This document shows, in pieces, positions 1 through 9,020 of a DNA stretch of 64,000 nt. The stretch covers positions 535,720-599,719 of the forward strand of contig CAWAZC010000003.1 in the NCBI GenBank assembly GCA_963786415.1, read 5' to 3'. A program made the position numbers and the translations under genes. The DNA is from an uncultured Actinomycetota bacterium (GTDB lineage: Bacteria; Actinomycetota; Actinomycetes; Propionibacteriales; Nocardioidaceae). Within the stretch, counting starts at the first letter, position 1. Each line of letters begins with the position of its first letter. The notes below the pieces were generated by a model. It searched no databases. It saw only the letters and a list, made by a program, of their open reading frames with translations, and was not told where the DNA came from.

Positions 1-521
1 CGATACCGCTCGGGTGCCCGGGCGTCGACGAGGACGGCGACGTCCAGCACGCCGTCGGCATTGACGACGGGCATCCCCTTCTCTGCCGCGACCGTGAAGT
101 CACCCGGCTCCGGCGTGACGGTTCCGGACTCAGCGTCACCGCCGTCCTGCGACCAAGCCGTCCACCCGCCGTCCAGCACATACACCTCCGGGTGCCCGTG
201 GTAACGGAGCAGCCACCATGCCCGGGCCGCCGCCCGGCCCTCCCAGTCGTCGTAGACCACCACCGGACGGCTCATCTCCACCCCGGCCCGGCGCATGTCG
301 CCCTCGAACCGGGGCTCATCGGGGAGGGGATGCCGACCGCGGTCCCCGGGCGGATCGGCCAGGGCGGTCTCCAGGTCGACGAACGCCGCCCCGGGGACGT
401 GCCCGGCGAGGAAGTCGTCGTACCCGCGCGGCTCCCCCATCTGATAGCGGACGTCGAGGACGGTGACGCTGCCGAGTCGGGACTGGAGCCAGGAAGCCGA
501 GACGAGCGGGCGCGAGGTCAT
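1..521 (-). CDS. Thiosulfate/3-mercaptopyruvate sulfurtransferase (rhodanese, SseA-like); 3' end runs off the window
   Basis: Hand translation of the minus strand: MTSRPLVSASWL..VLDVRY..GHVPGAAFVDLE..GRHPLP..VVVYDD..AARAWWLL..VLDGGW..LVDARAPERY. Alternative in-frame ATG at 530. Not in the ORF track. Confidence 0.9.
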   Translation of the reverse strand, partial: MTSRPLVSASWLQSRLGSVTVLDVRYQMGEPRGYDDFLAGHVPGAAFVDLETALADPPGDRGRHPLPDEPRFEGDMRRAGVEMSRPVVVYDDWEGRAAARAWWLLRYHGHPEVYVLDGGWTAWSQDGGDAESGTVTPEPGDFTVAAEKGMPVVNADGVLDVAVLVDARAPERY

Positions 522-564
522 GATCGTCATCCTGCCCGAGCCACCTGTGAAAGGATCACGCCCC

Positions 565-1218
565 GTGGCTGAACTGCACTTCTTCACCGGCACCATGGAC
601 TCGGGCAAGAGCACGCTCGCCCTGCAGACCAACCACAACCACGCCGCGCGGGGCAGGGTCGGGCGGATCTTCACCACCCACGACCGGGCCGGGGAGGCCA
701 CCCTGTCCAGCCGGCTCGGGCTCACTCATGAGGCGATCGAGGTGGAGCCCGACTTCGACTTCTGGAGCTACGTGGTGCACCACCTCACCCAGGGTGGCCG
801 GATCGACTACCTGATCTGCGACGAAGCGCAGTTCTATGCCCCCGAGCAGATCGACCAGCTGGCCCGGATCGTCGATGAGCTCCAGATCGACGTGTTCGCC
901 TTCGGCATCCTGACCGACTTCCGCAGCCAGCTCTTCCCGGGAAGCGGCCGGCTGGTCGAGCTCGCGGACCGGACGAACGTGCTGCAGGTCGAGGCGCTGT
1001 GCTGGTGCGGCAAACGGGCCACCCACAACGCCCGCACCGAGAACGGCGTGATGGTCACCGAGGGCGACGTGGTCGTGGTCGGCGACGTCGACAACCCCGA
1101 CGAGCAGCCGGCGCACGTCGCCTACGAGGTGCTCTGCCGGCAGCACCACCGCCGCCGCCTCACCGCCGCCCGCGCGAAGGCGGTCAGCCTGGCTCCCGAG
1201 CCGCTGCCCTTCGGCTGA
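565..1218 (+). CDS. tdk: Thymidine kinase
   Basis: GTMDSGKS P-loop, ICDEAQF, FGILTDFR, zinc motif CWCG..YEVLCRQHH. Confidence 0.93.
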   Translation: MAELHFFTGTMDSGKSTLALQTNHNHAARGRVGRIFTTHDRAGEATLSSRLGLTHEAIEVEPDFDFWSYVVHHLTQGGRIDYLICDEAQFYAPEQIDQLARIVDELQIDVFAFGILTDFRSQLFPGSGRLVELADRTNVLQVEALCWCGKRATHNARTENGVMVTEGDVVVVGDVDNPDEQPAHVAYEVLCRQHHRRRLTAARAKAVSLAPEPLPFG

Positions 1219-1227
1219 CTCACCAGG

Positions 1228-2394
1228 TCAACACACCAAGAGCGGTATCAGCATCTCCTCGGCCGTCAGCGATCCGTGCAGGCCGATCAGGGTGGCCTCG
1301 TAGGAGAAGTCGGAGGTGGAGACGATCGCGTGGTCGGAACGGCAGGCCACGACGACGTCCCCGATCCGGGGGCGCACGGCGGGCTGCAGCGCCCCGAACC
1401 AGCCGCGCCCGGCCGCATCGTCCCGGGTGAGTACGTCGGCCCGGTCGCCGAGCACCGACCGCCACGTCGCCACCACGTCGTCGACCGCTCCCCCGCGGCA
1501 GTAGAGGTGCCGGAACCGCGCCTCGCCGCCGATCAGGGCGACGCCCTCGCGCAGCTCGGTGACGTCGTCGACGTCGACCCGGCGGTCGGTCGGGCTGTCC
1601 AGCATGCCGTGGTCGGCGACCACGACCAGCCGGGTCGAGGACGGGAGGGTCTCGCGCAGCTGCTCCGCCTCGGCGTCGACCATGGCCAGCTGCTGGAGCC
1701 ACTGGCTGGACGCGACGCCGAAGCGGTGGCCGGTCCAGTCGAGGTCACCGTCGTACATGTAGGTCAGGGAGGGTCGTTCGGTCGAGGCGGTGGCCACGGC
1801 GGCGAGCCGCTCCCCCACCCGGTCGGCGCCCACGAACTCGGCACCCCGCTGGGAGGCCACGGTCAGCCCGCTGGCCCGGAACTCGCGCTTGTTCACGACC
1901 GTCACGCTCACCCCCGTCCCGGCCAGCCGCGCGAACGCGGTGGGATGGGGCTGCCACTGGGTGGGGTCGACCGACTTGCTCCACTGCAGCGCGTTCAGCA
2001 GCTGGTCGGTTCCCGGGATCCGCGAGGTGAACCCCACCATCCCGTGCGCACCCGGCGGCAGCCCGGTCCCGAGGGACGTCAGACTGGTAGCGGTGGTCGA
2101 CGGCACCCCGGCGGTGGCCACCTCCTGATCGACGAGCAGGGACGAGAGGTACGGCGCGGCGTGCGCGTGTCGACGCAGCTGCTCGGCCCCGAGGCCGTCG
2201 ATCAGGAAGACGACGTACGACGCGGCGTCGGGCAGGACCAACCGCGACGGGGGCTCGCCGATCGAGCAGCCGAGCGCTTCGGCGACGGCTGGTACGACGT
2301 CGGCGAGGGACCGCTGCTGGTAGGCCGGCTGGACGAATCCATCGAGACGGTCGCTGCGCGACCTCCTCAGGGACCGCCCATCGTCGTCGTTCAC
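1228..2394 (-). CDS. Alkaline phosphatase superfamily protein (nucleotide pyrophosphatase/phosphodiesterase)
   Basis: VFLIDGLG, PSTTATSLTSLGTG, DLDWTGH, VADHG, GLHGS. GTG start overlaps the upstream TGA (GTGA). Confidence 0.85.
   Translation of the reverse strand: MNDDDGRSLRRSRSDRLDGFVQPAYQQRSLADVVPAVAEALGCSIGEPPSRLVLPDAASYVVFLIDGLGAEQLRRHAHAAPYLSSLLVDQEVATAGVPSTTATSLTSLGTGLPPGAHGMVGFTSRIPGTDQLLNALQWSKSVDPTQWQPHPTAFARLAGTGVSVTVVNKREFRASGLTVASQRGAEFVGADRVGERLAAVATASTERPSLTYMYDGDLDWTGHRFGVASSQWLQQLAMVDAEAEQLRETLPSSTRLVVVADHGMLDSPTDRRVDVDDVTELREGVALIGGEARFRHLYCRGGAVDDVVATWRSVLGDRADVLTRDDAAGRGWFGALQPAVRPRIGDVVVACRSDHAIVSTSDFSYEATLIGLHGSLTAEEMLIPLLVC
2341..2376. repeat. REP-like palindromic element inside the 5' end of the phosphodiesterase CDS
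   Basis: TCGAGAC followed by hairpin GGTCGC-TGC-GCGACC and TCCTCA; shares TCGAGAC with the element at 14402-14420. Confidence 0.55.
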
Positions 2395-2978
2395 GCCCCG
2401 TGCGTCCTGGCGGACAGCGACTCGGCGAAGGAGAGCAGCCCGCCCACCGCGTCGCCGCCGTCGGCGGCCGCCGAGACCCGCAGGGAGAAGTCGTCGGAGG
2501 CGAAGACACCCGTGTAACCGTGGTCGGCGTCGCACTGGGGGTCCGAGCAGCCAGCCGGCTCGAGGTCGATCCGGCTCACCCCTCCCCAGCCGACCGTCAT
2601 CACCGCCTCGGCCGGGCGCGACGGGCCGTCCGTCGGGTTGGCGGTCATCCGGGTCACCACGACCGACCGCACCGACGACAGGGTGATCGCCTCCGTCGAG
2701 GTCGATGTGTAGGGCTCGGGCAGCAGGTCATCGGGCGCGTGCTCGTCGGTGTGGGCCAGGATCAGCCGGGTCGGGGTGAGGACGACGACCGTCAGGTGAC
2801 GGCGCACCTCGTCGCGCTCGAACGTGGGTTCGTGGTGAACGTAGAAGGACACCACCTGCTCCCCCGCCACCGCGGCATGCACCCCGTCGCGGACGACCTC
2901 CGGGTAGTAGCCCGTGTGCTCGATGGCCTCCCGCAGCTCCACGGTGCGGTCCTGGTCATCGGTGGTGCGTGTGCGCAT
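2391..2978 (-). CDS. Conserved actinobacterial hypothetical protein (DUF5998-like)
   Basis: GYYPEVV, EVRRHLTVVVLTPTR, LEPAGCSDPQCDADHGYTG. Confidence 0.8.
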   Translation of the reverse strand: MRTRTTDDQDRTVELREAIEHTGYYPEVVRDGVHAAVAGEQVVSFYVHHEPTFERDEVRRHLTVVVLTPTRLILAHTDEHAPDDLLPEPYTSTSTEAITLSSVRSVVVTRMTANPTDGPSRPAEAVMTVGWGGVSRIDLEPAGCSDPQCDADHGYTGVFASDDFSLRVSAAADGGDAVGGLLSFAESLSARTHGA

Positions 2979-3032
2979 GTGGGCAGTCTGTCACGCGTCC
3001 GCTCTCGGTCCTGACCTGTCGGTCCGGACCCG

Positions 3033-5738
3033 TCAGTCGGGCAGGGTGTCACCCGGGGAGCGCGGCAGGCGGCGGACGAACCAGTCAGAGCGGGGGTCGA
3101 GCACCGGGTCGACCCGCGCGGAGGCGGTCAGCACCTTCACGCCATCGGCGCCGGCGAGGACGAGGGAGAGGTCCATCGAGCTGACCTGCGGAAGGTCGTG
3201 CTGCAGCTGGGCGACCCGCAGGATCAGCCGCTCGACGGCCGAGATGTCCACGACCTCGCTCCCCCGGTAGCCGAACAGCATCGGTGAGGACTTGATCTCG
3301 CGGACCATCGCCGCGGCATCGCCGGCCACCAGGGGCGGGATCCGGTAGGCGCGGTCCTCCAGAAGGTCGATGACCGGCCCCGAGATGCCGAACGAGACGA
3401 CCGGACCGAACAGCGGGTCCTCGATGCTGCGGACGGCGACCGGCACCCCGGGCGGGGAGTTCTTCTGGACCACGAAGCCGGCCTTCTCTGGCTCGGTGAT
3501 CAGGGTGTTGAGGGACTCCCACGCGCCGCGCATGTCCATGGCGTTGTCGATGTTGCGCCAGACGTGGGCCAGGTCGGGACGCTCTCGCAGGTGGTCGGCG
3601 GTCGCCTTGAGCACGACGTCCCAGCCGAGGGCCTTCCCGGCCGCCTGAGCCTCGCGCAGGCTGGTGACGGGGTGCGACTCCCAGAGGTCGATCTCGTAGG
3701 TGCCCAGCAGTCTGGTGAGCTCGTCCTGGTCCAGCTCGGTGCCGTCGCCGTGCCTGGCCAGCACCTCGCCCACCAGCTGCTTGGCCGCGGCCGGGTCGAC
3801 GTCGCCCAGGGCGTCCTCGGTTCGCCCGTCCGGGGTACGCAACCACACGGCGTACCCGACGACGCGGGCCAGCGCGCGGACCGCCGCCTCCACGGCGGGG
3901 TACGACGGCACGGAGCCGCGACCGGCCGTGTGGCCGGCGACATCGGGGACCCGCAGCAGCTCCGGTACTCCCTCGGCACCCAGGAACGACGACACCAGCG
4001 GCTTGTCGGACTGCTCGCCGACGGCGGCCAGTACGTTGGCGACATCCTCGCCGGACACGTTCAGCGGGGGGATGTAGACCGCGACCACGGAGTCGACGTC
4101 CGGGTCGTCGATCGCCGAGTCCAGGGCGTCCTCGAAGTCCTCGGCGGTGGCCTCGGCTCCGAGTGCCACCGACTTGTTCACGACCAGACCGACCGACGAC
4201 GCGGCGTCCGCGGCCAGGAGTCCGAGCGCGTCGGAGTTGCCGACGATCGCCACCCGGCGCCCGCGCGGAAGCGGCTGGTGGGCGAGCAGCTGGGCGACGT
4301 CGAACATCTCCTCCAGCGTGTCGACCTGGATCACCCCGGCCTGGCGGAACATGGCGTCGACCGCCTGCGGCGGAGCGACGATCTGGCGGACCGCGTGCCC
4401 CATCGGCACACCCTGGGTGGTCCGGCCCGAGCGGACCGCGATGATCGGTTTGCGCAGCGAGACGCGGCGGGCGATCCGGGAGAACTTGCGAGGGTTGCCG
4501 ATCGACTCGAGGTAGAGCAGGACCACCTCGGTCTCGTCGTCCTCCTCCCAGTACTGCAACAGGTCGTTGCCCGACACGTCGGCCCGGTTGCCGGCGCTGA
4601 CGAAGGTGGAGAGGCCGAGTCCGCGGTTGTTGACCTTCTCCAGGATCGCCGACCCGAGGGCGCCCGACTGGCAGAAGAAGCCCGCCCGCCCGCGCGGCGG
4701 CTTCACCGGCGAGAGGGACGCGTTCAGGCAGACACCGGAGGCGGTGTTGATGATGCCGAGGCAGTTGGGTCCGATCAGGCGCAGCCCGTAGGACCTGGCC
4801 AGACCGACGAGGCGGCGTTGACGTTGCCGGCCCTCCTCGCCGGTCTCGGCGAAGCCGGACGAGATCACGACGAGACCGTGGACCCCCTTGGCCGCACAGT
4901 CGAGGACCACGTCCTGCACCGCGTCTGCGGGCACGGCCACGATGGCGACGTCGACCTCGCCGGGGATCTCGCCGACGGTGGCGTACGCCGGCAGGCCGGA
5001 GACGGACTCGGAGGTCGGGTTGACGGCGTAGACCCGGCCCGAGAAGTTGCCCATGACCAGGTTGCGCACCAGCATCTGCCCGATCGTGGCCTCGCGGCGG
5101 CTGGCGCCGATCACGGCGATCGAGCGCGCGTTGAAGAACCTCTCGATCGACGCCGCCTCGGCCCGGTGCTCCCGGTTCGCCATCACGCCCATGGCGGTGT
5201 CGGTGGCATCGATCGGGAACTCGAGGGTCATCACGCCCTCGTCGTACTCGCTCACCACGCGGTAGCCCGCGTCCCGGAAGGTGTTGATCATCTTCCGGTT
5301 GTCCGGCAGCACCTCCGCGAGGAAACGCTCGACTCCGCGCTCGCGGCCGGCCTGGGCGAGGTGCTCGAGCAGCACCTGGGCGATGCCGCGACCCTGGTGC
5401 TCGTCCTCGACCAGGAACGCGACCTCGGCCTCACCGGGGCGTACGACGTCGTAGCGGCCGACGGCGATCATCCGCCCGCCGAGGAGCACGATGAACGCGA
5501 CGCGGTTGACGTGGTCGACCTGGGTGAACCGGGCGATGTCCTTCTTGGAGAGCTTCGGCATCGGGCTGAAGAAGCGGTAGTACTTCGACTCGTCGGAGAC
5601 GCGGCCGTAGAAGTCGACCAGGAGCTCGGCATCGGCGGACTCGATCGGGCGGATGTGCGCCGTCCGGCCGTCCCGCAGCAGGACGTCGGCCTCCCAGTGG
5701 CGCGGGGCGGCCGGCACACCTTCGTCGATGCTGGTCAT
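3033..5738 (-). CDS. GNAT acetyltransferase fused to NDP-forming acyl-CoA synthetase/ATP-grasp-like domains (Pat-type protein acetyltransferase)
   Basis: N-terminal GNAT (AEVAFLVEDEHQGRGIA), CoA-binding SIAVIGAS, GPNCLG, QSGALG, GNRADV, DPLFGPVV. TAGATT -10 lies 7 nt before the ATG. Confidence 0.88.
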   Translation of the reverse strand: MTSIDEGVPAAPRHWEADVLLRDGRTAHIRPIESADAELLVDFYGRVSDESKYYRFFSPMPKLSKKDIARFTQVDHVNRVAFIVLLGGRMIAVGRYDVVRPGEAEVAFLVEDEHQGRGIAQVLLEHLAQAGRERGVERFLAEVLPDNRKMINTFRDAGYRVVSEYDEGVMTLEFPIDATDTAMGVMANREHRAEAASIERFFNARSIAVIGASRREATIGQMLVRNLVMGNFSGRVYAVNPTSESVSGLPAYATVGEIPGEVDVAIVAVPADAVQDVVLDCAAKGVHGLVVISSGFAETGEEGRQRQRRLVGLARSYGLRLIGPNCLGIINTASGVCLNASLSPVKPPRGRAGFFCQSGALGSAILEKVNNRGLGLSTFVSAGNRADVSGNDLLQYWEEDDETEVVLLYLESIGNPRKFSRIARRVSLRKPIIAVRSGRTTQGVPMGHAVRQIVAPPQAVDAMFRQAGVIQVDTLEEMFDVAQLLAHQPLPRGRRVAIVGNSDALGLLAADAASSVGLVVNKSVALGAEATAEDFEDALDSAIDDPDVDSVVAVYIPPLNVSGEDVANVLAAVGEQSDKPLVSSFLGAEGVPELLRVPDVAGHTAGRGSVPSYPAVEAAVRALARVVGYAVWLRTPDGRTEDALGDVDPAAAKQLVGEVLARHGDGTELDQDELTRLLGTYEIDLWESHPVTSLREAQAAGKALGWDVVLKATADHLRERPDLAHVWRNIDNAMDMRGAWESLNTLITEPEKAGFVVQKNSPPGVPVAVRSIEDPLFGPVVSFGISGPVIDLLEDRAYRIPPLVAGDAAAMVREIKSSPMLFGYRGSEVVDISAVERLILRVAQLQHDLPQVSSMDLSLVLAGADGVKVLTASARVDPVLDPRSDWFVRRLPRSPGDTLPD

Positions 5739-5830
5739 CTCTGAGAATCTAGCGTGGCCACCCACACTCAGGGCACCCATCCGGCGTGCCCCTTGGTGAA
5801 CGGTCGGTGGAGCCGGGGAGAATGGCGCGC

Positions 5831-8305
5831 ATGGCACGGCGCGGCACGAAAACCCCGGTCCCCGACGACTTCGAGGAGCACATCCTCGACACCAACATCA
5901 AGCAGGAGATGGAGTCGTCGTTCCTCGAGTACGCCTACTCGGTGATCTACTCCCGCGCCCTGCCGGACGCCCGCGACGGCCTGAAGCCGGTGCAGCGGCG
6001 CATCCTCCACACGATGAACGGCATGGGGCTGCGGCCCGACCGTGGCCACGTCAAGAGCGCGCGCGTCGTCGGCGAGGTCATGGGCCGTCTCCACCCCCAT
6101 GGCGACACCGCGATCTACGACGCCCTGGTGCGGATGGCCCAGCCGTGGTCGATGCGGCTGCCGATGATCGACGGACACGGAAACTTCGGCTCTCCTGACG
6201 ATTCTCCGGCGGCCATGCGCTACACCGAGTGCCGCATGGCGCCACCTGCGGCGTCGATGACCGCGTCGATCGACGAGGAGACCGTCGACTTCAAGCCCAA
6301 CTACGACAGCCGCGAGCTGGAGCCGGTCGTGCTGCCGGCAGCGATCCCCAACCTGATCGTCAACGGCACCACCGGCATCGCGGTCGGCATGGCCACCAAC
6401 ATCGCGCCCCACAACCTGGTCGAGGTGGTCCAGGCGCTGCGCCACCTGATCAAGCACCCCGACACTCGCGTCGACGGCCTGATGCGGTTCATCCCGGGCC
6501 CGGACCTGCCCACCGGGGGCAAGATCGTCGGTCTCGAGGGAGTCCGCGACGCCTATGAGACCGGCCGCGGCAGCTTCAAGATGCGGGCCACCGCCCGGAT
6601 CGAGAGCGTCGGCCGCCGCAAGGGCATCGTCGTCACCGAGCTCCCCTACGGCATCGGCACCGAGAAGGTCATGGAGCGGATCAAGACGCTCGTCCAGGGC
6701 AAGAAGCTCCAGGGCATCGCCGACATCAAGGACCTCACCGACCGCGAGAACGGCCTGCGGCTCGTGATCGAGGTCAAGAACGGCTTCCATCCCGAGGCGA
6801 TCCTCGAGCAGCTCTACCGCCAGACGCCGATGGAGGACTCGTTCGGGATCAACACCGTCGCCCTGGTCGACGGGCAGCCCCGCACCCTGGGGCTCAAGGA
6901 GCTCCTCGAGGTCTTCCTGGGCCACCGGTTCGACGTCGTACGCCGCCGCTCGGTGTTCCGTCGCGGGCGGGCCGCAGACCGGCTCCACCTCGTCGACGGC
7001 CTGCTGATCGCGATCCTCGACATCGACGAGGTGATCCAGCTGATCAGGTCCTCCGACAACGCCGCCGCGGCGAAGGAGCGGCTGGTCTCGGTGTTCGACC
7101 TGACCGGCACCCAGGCCGACTACATCCTCGACATGCCACTGCGCCGGCTCACGAAGTTCTCCCGGATCGAGCTCGAGAAGGAGAAGTCCGAGCTCGAGCG
7201 CACCATCGAGGAGCTCGACGCGATCCTGGCCGACGACACCCTGCTCCGAAAGGTCGTCTCCGACGAGCTGGCCGAGGTGGCCAAGACCTACGGCACGCCC
7301 CGACGCACCGTCCTGCTGGAGTCGGCCGGCACCACTGTCACGGCTGCCGCCACTCCGCTCGAGGTGGCCGACGACCCGTGCATCGCCTTCCTGTCCTCGA
7401 CCGGGCTGCTGGCCCGCTCCAGCAACGACGAGACGCCCGGCACGGGCGGTGGCCGCACCAACCACGACGTGATCGTCTCCGCCGTCCGGACCACCGCGCG
7501 CGGGGAGGTCGGCGTGATCACGTCGCGGGCGCGGCTGCTGAGGCTGGGCGTGCTCGACCTGCCGGCGCTCCCGGCGGCCGCCAACGACCCGAACCTGCAA
7601 GGTGGCTTGCCGCTCAGCGAGGTGCTCTCGCTCGGGCAGGACGAGCGGGCGTTGGCCCTGACCTCGCTCGCCACCGACGGTCCGGGGCTCGTCCTCGGCA
7701 CCCGCCAGGGCGTGGTAAAGCGGGTCAACCCGGAGGTGCTCTCCCGCGACGAGTGGGAGGTGATGTCCCTCAGGGAGGGCGACGAAGTGGTCGGCGCCCT
7801 GGAGCTGGCCACGGGCGACGAGACGCTGTGCTTCGTCAGCTCCGGTGGGCAGCTCCTTCACTTCGGCGCCGGCGGCGTCCGGCCGCAGGGTCGCTCCGGG
7901 GGTGGGATCGCCGGCATCAAGCTGGGCGCGGATGACTCGGTGGCCTGGTTCGGAGCCCTCGACCCGAGGTCGTCCGTCCTGGTGACGGCATCGGGCTCGT
8001 CGATCGCGCTCCCCGGCACGGAGGCGGGCTCGGTCAAGGTGACCCCGTTCGGCGAGTACCCCTCCAAGGGCCGCGCCACCGGGGGCGTGCGCTGCCACCG
8101 TTTCCTCAAGGGCGAGGACACGTTGGTGTTCGCGTGGGCCGGGGACGCCCCTGCCCGGGCGGCGGCCGCCAGCGGCGCTCCCGTGGACCTGCCGGAGGCC
8201 ACCGGTCGGCGGGACGGGTCGGGGATCCCGGGCAGCCAGCCGATCGCGGCCTGCGCCGGGCCGGTCGCGCATCGCCTCGACCGTGCCACCCGTGTGTCAG
8301 GCTGA
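5831..8305 (+). CDS. parC: DNA topoisomerase IV subunit A (GyrA/ParC family)
   Basis: [30 protein letters not shown] catalytic Tyr, C-terminal pinwheel repeats; not adjacent to oriC genes. Confidence 0.9.
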   Translation: MARRGTKTPVPDDFEEHILDTNIKQEMESSFLEYAYSVIYSRALPDARDGLKPVQRRILHTMNGMGLRPDRGHVKSARVVGEVMGRLHPHGDTAIYDALVRMAQPWSMRLPMIDGHGNFGSPDDSPAAMRYTECRMAPPAASMTASIDEETVDFKPNYDSRELEPVVLPAAIPNLIVNGTTGIAVGMATNIAPHNLVEVVQALRHLIKHPDTRVDGLMRFIPGPDLPTGGKIVGLEGVRDAYETGRGSFKMRATARIESVGRRKGIVVTELPYGIGTEKVMERIKTLVQGKKLQGIADIKDLTDRENGLRLVIEVKNGFHPEAILEQLYRQTPMEDSFGINTVALVDGQPRTLGLKELLEVFLGHRFDVVRRRSVFRRGRAADRLHLVDGLLIAILDIDEVIQLIRSSDNAAAAKERLVSVFDLTGTQADYILDMPLRRLTKFSRIELEKEKSELERTIEELDAILADDTLLRKVVSDELAEVAKTYGTPRRTVLLESAGTTVTAAATPLEVADDPCIAFLSSTGLLARSSNDETPGTGGGRTNHDVIVSAVRTTARGEVGVITSRARLLRLGVLDLPALPAAANDPNLQGGLPLSEVLSLGQDERALALTSLATDGPGLVLGTRQGVVKRVNPEVLSRDEWEVMSLREGDEVVGALELATGDETLCFVSSGGQLLHFGAGGVRPQGRSGGGIAGIKLGADDSVAWFGALDPRSSVLVTASGSSIALPGTEAGSVKVTPFGEYPSKGRATGGVRCHRFLKGEDTLVFAWAGDAPARAAAASGAPVDLPEATGRRDGSGIPGSQPIAACAGPVAHRLDRATRVSG

Positions 8306-8309
8306 AGGC

Positions 8310-9020
8310 ATGCCCCGTCCGCGCCGTCGTACACGCCTGCTCCTTGCCTGCGCGGCGCTCGTGGCGGGGACCCTGGCCGGCTGCAGCGACGACCAGGGTT
8401 CGGTCACCGACCAACGCAGCCTCGACGAGGTCATGGAGCTGGCCAAGACCACCCTCGACGAGACCAGCGGGGTCAACCTCTCGCTGAAGACCACCGACCT
8501 GCCCCCGGGCGTGACCGGGGTCAAGGAGGCCACCGGTGTCGGTGTCCATCCGCCCGCCTTCGACGGGTCCCTGACCGTCGTGTTGTCCGGCACCGACTTC
8601 AACGTCCCGGTGATCGCAGTCGACGACAAGGTCTATGCGCAGATCCCGCTCACCCCGGGCTGGTCCGACGTGGACCCGGCCGAGTACGGCGCCCCGGACC
8701 CGGCCCGGCTGATGAGCCCCGACGCCGGCTTCTCCGCCATGCTCCCGGCGACCGGCGACCTCGAGGAGGGCGAGAGCGTCCGCGGCGGCAAGGACAACCG
8801 GGAAGTGCTGACCGAGTTCACCGGCACGGTGCCCGGCGACGCGGTGAGCAACATCCTGCCCGGCGCCGAGGGCGACTTCGACGCGACCTACACGATCACC
8901 GCCGACGGTGAGCTCCGCGAAGCGGTGCTCACCGGGGTCTTCTACCCCAACAGCGAGTCGATGACCTACACCATCGGCTTCGAGGACTACGGCACCGAGA
9001 AGAAGATCGCCGCTCCATGA
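8310..9020 (+). CDS. LppX/LprAFG-family lipoprotein
   Basis: Lipobox LAGC; beta-rich fold pattern (PVIAVDDKVYAQ, DPARLMSPDAG); ATGA-coupled to the MFS gene. Confidence 0.75.
   Translation: MPRPRRRTRLLLACAALVAGTLAGCSDDQGSVTDQRSLDEVMELAKTTLDETSGVNLSLKTTDLPPGVTGVKEATGVGVHPPAFDGSLTVVLSGTDFNVPVIAVDDKVYAQIPLTPGWSDVDPAEYGAPDPARLMSPDAGFSAMLPATGDLEEGESVRGGKDNREVLTEFTGTVPGDAVSNILPGAEGDFDATYTITADGELREAVLTGVFYPNSESMTYTIGFEDYGTEKKIAAP

Noticed and set aside
5768-8272. Long antisense ORFs opposite parC, parE, ptrB, polA, pyk and others
   Set aside because: Expected stop-poor shadows in high-GC DNA; no recognisable motifs.
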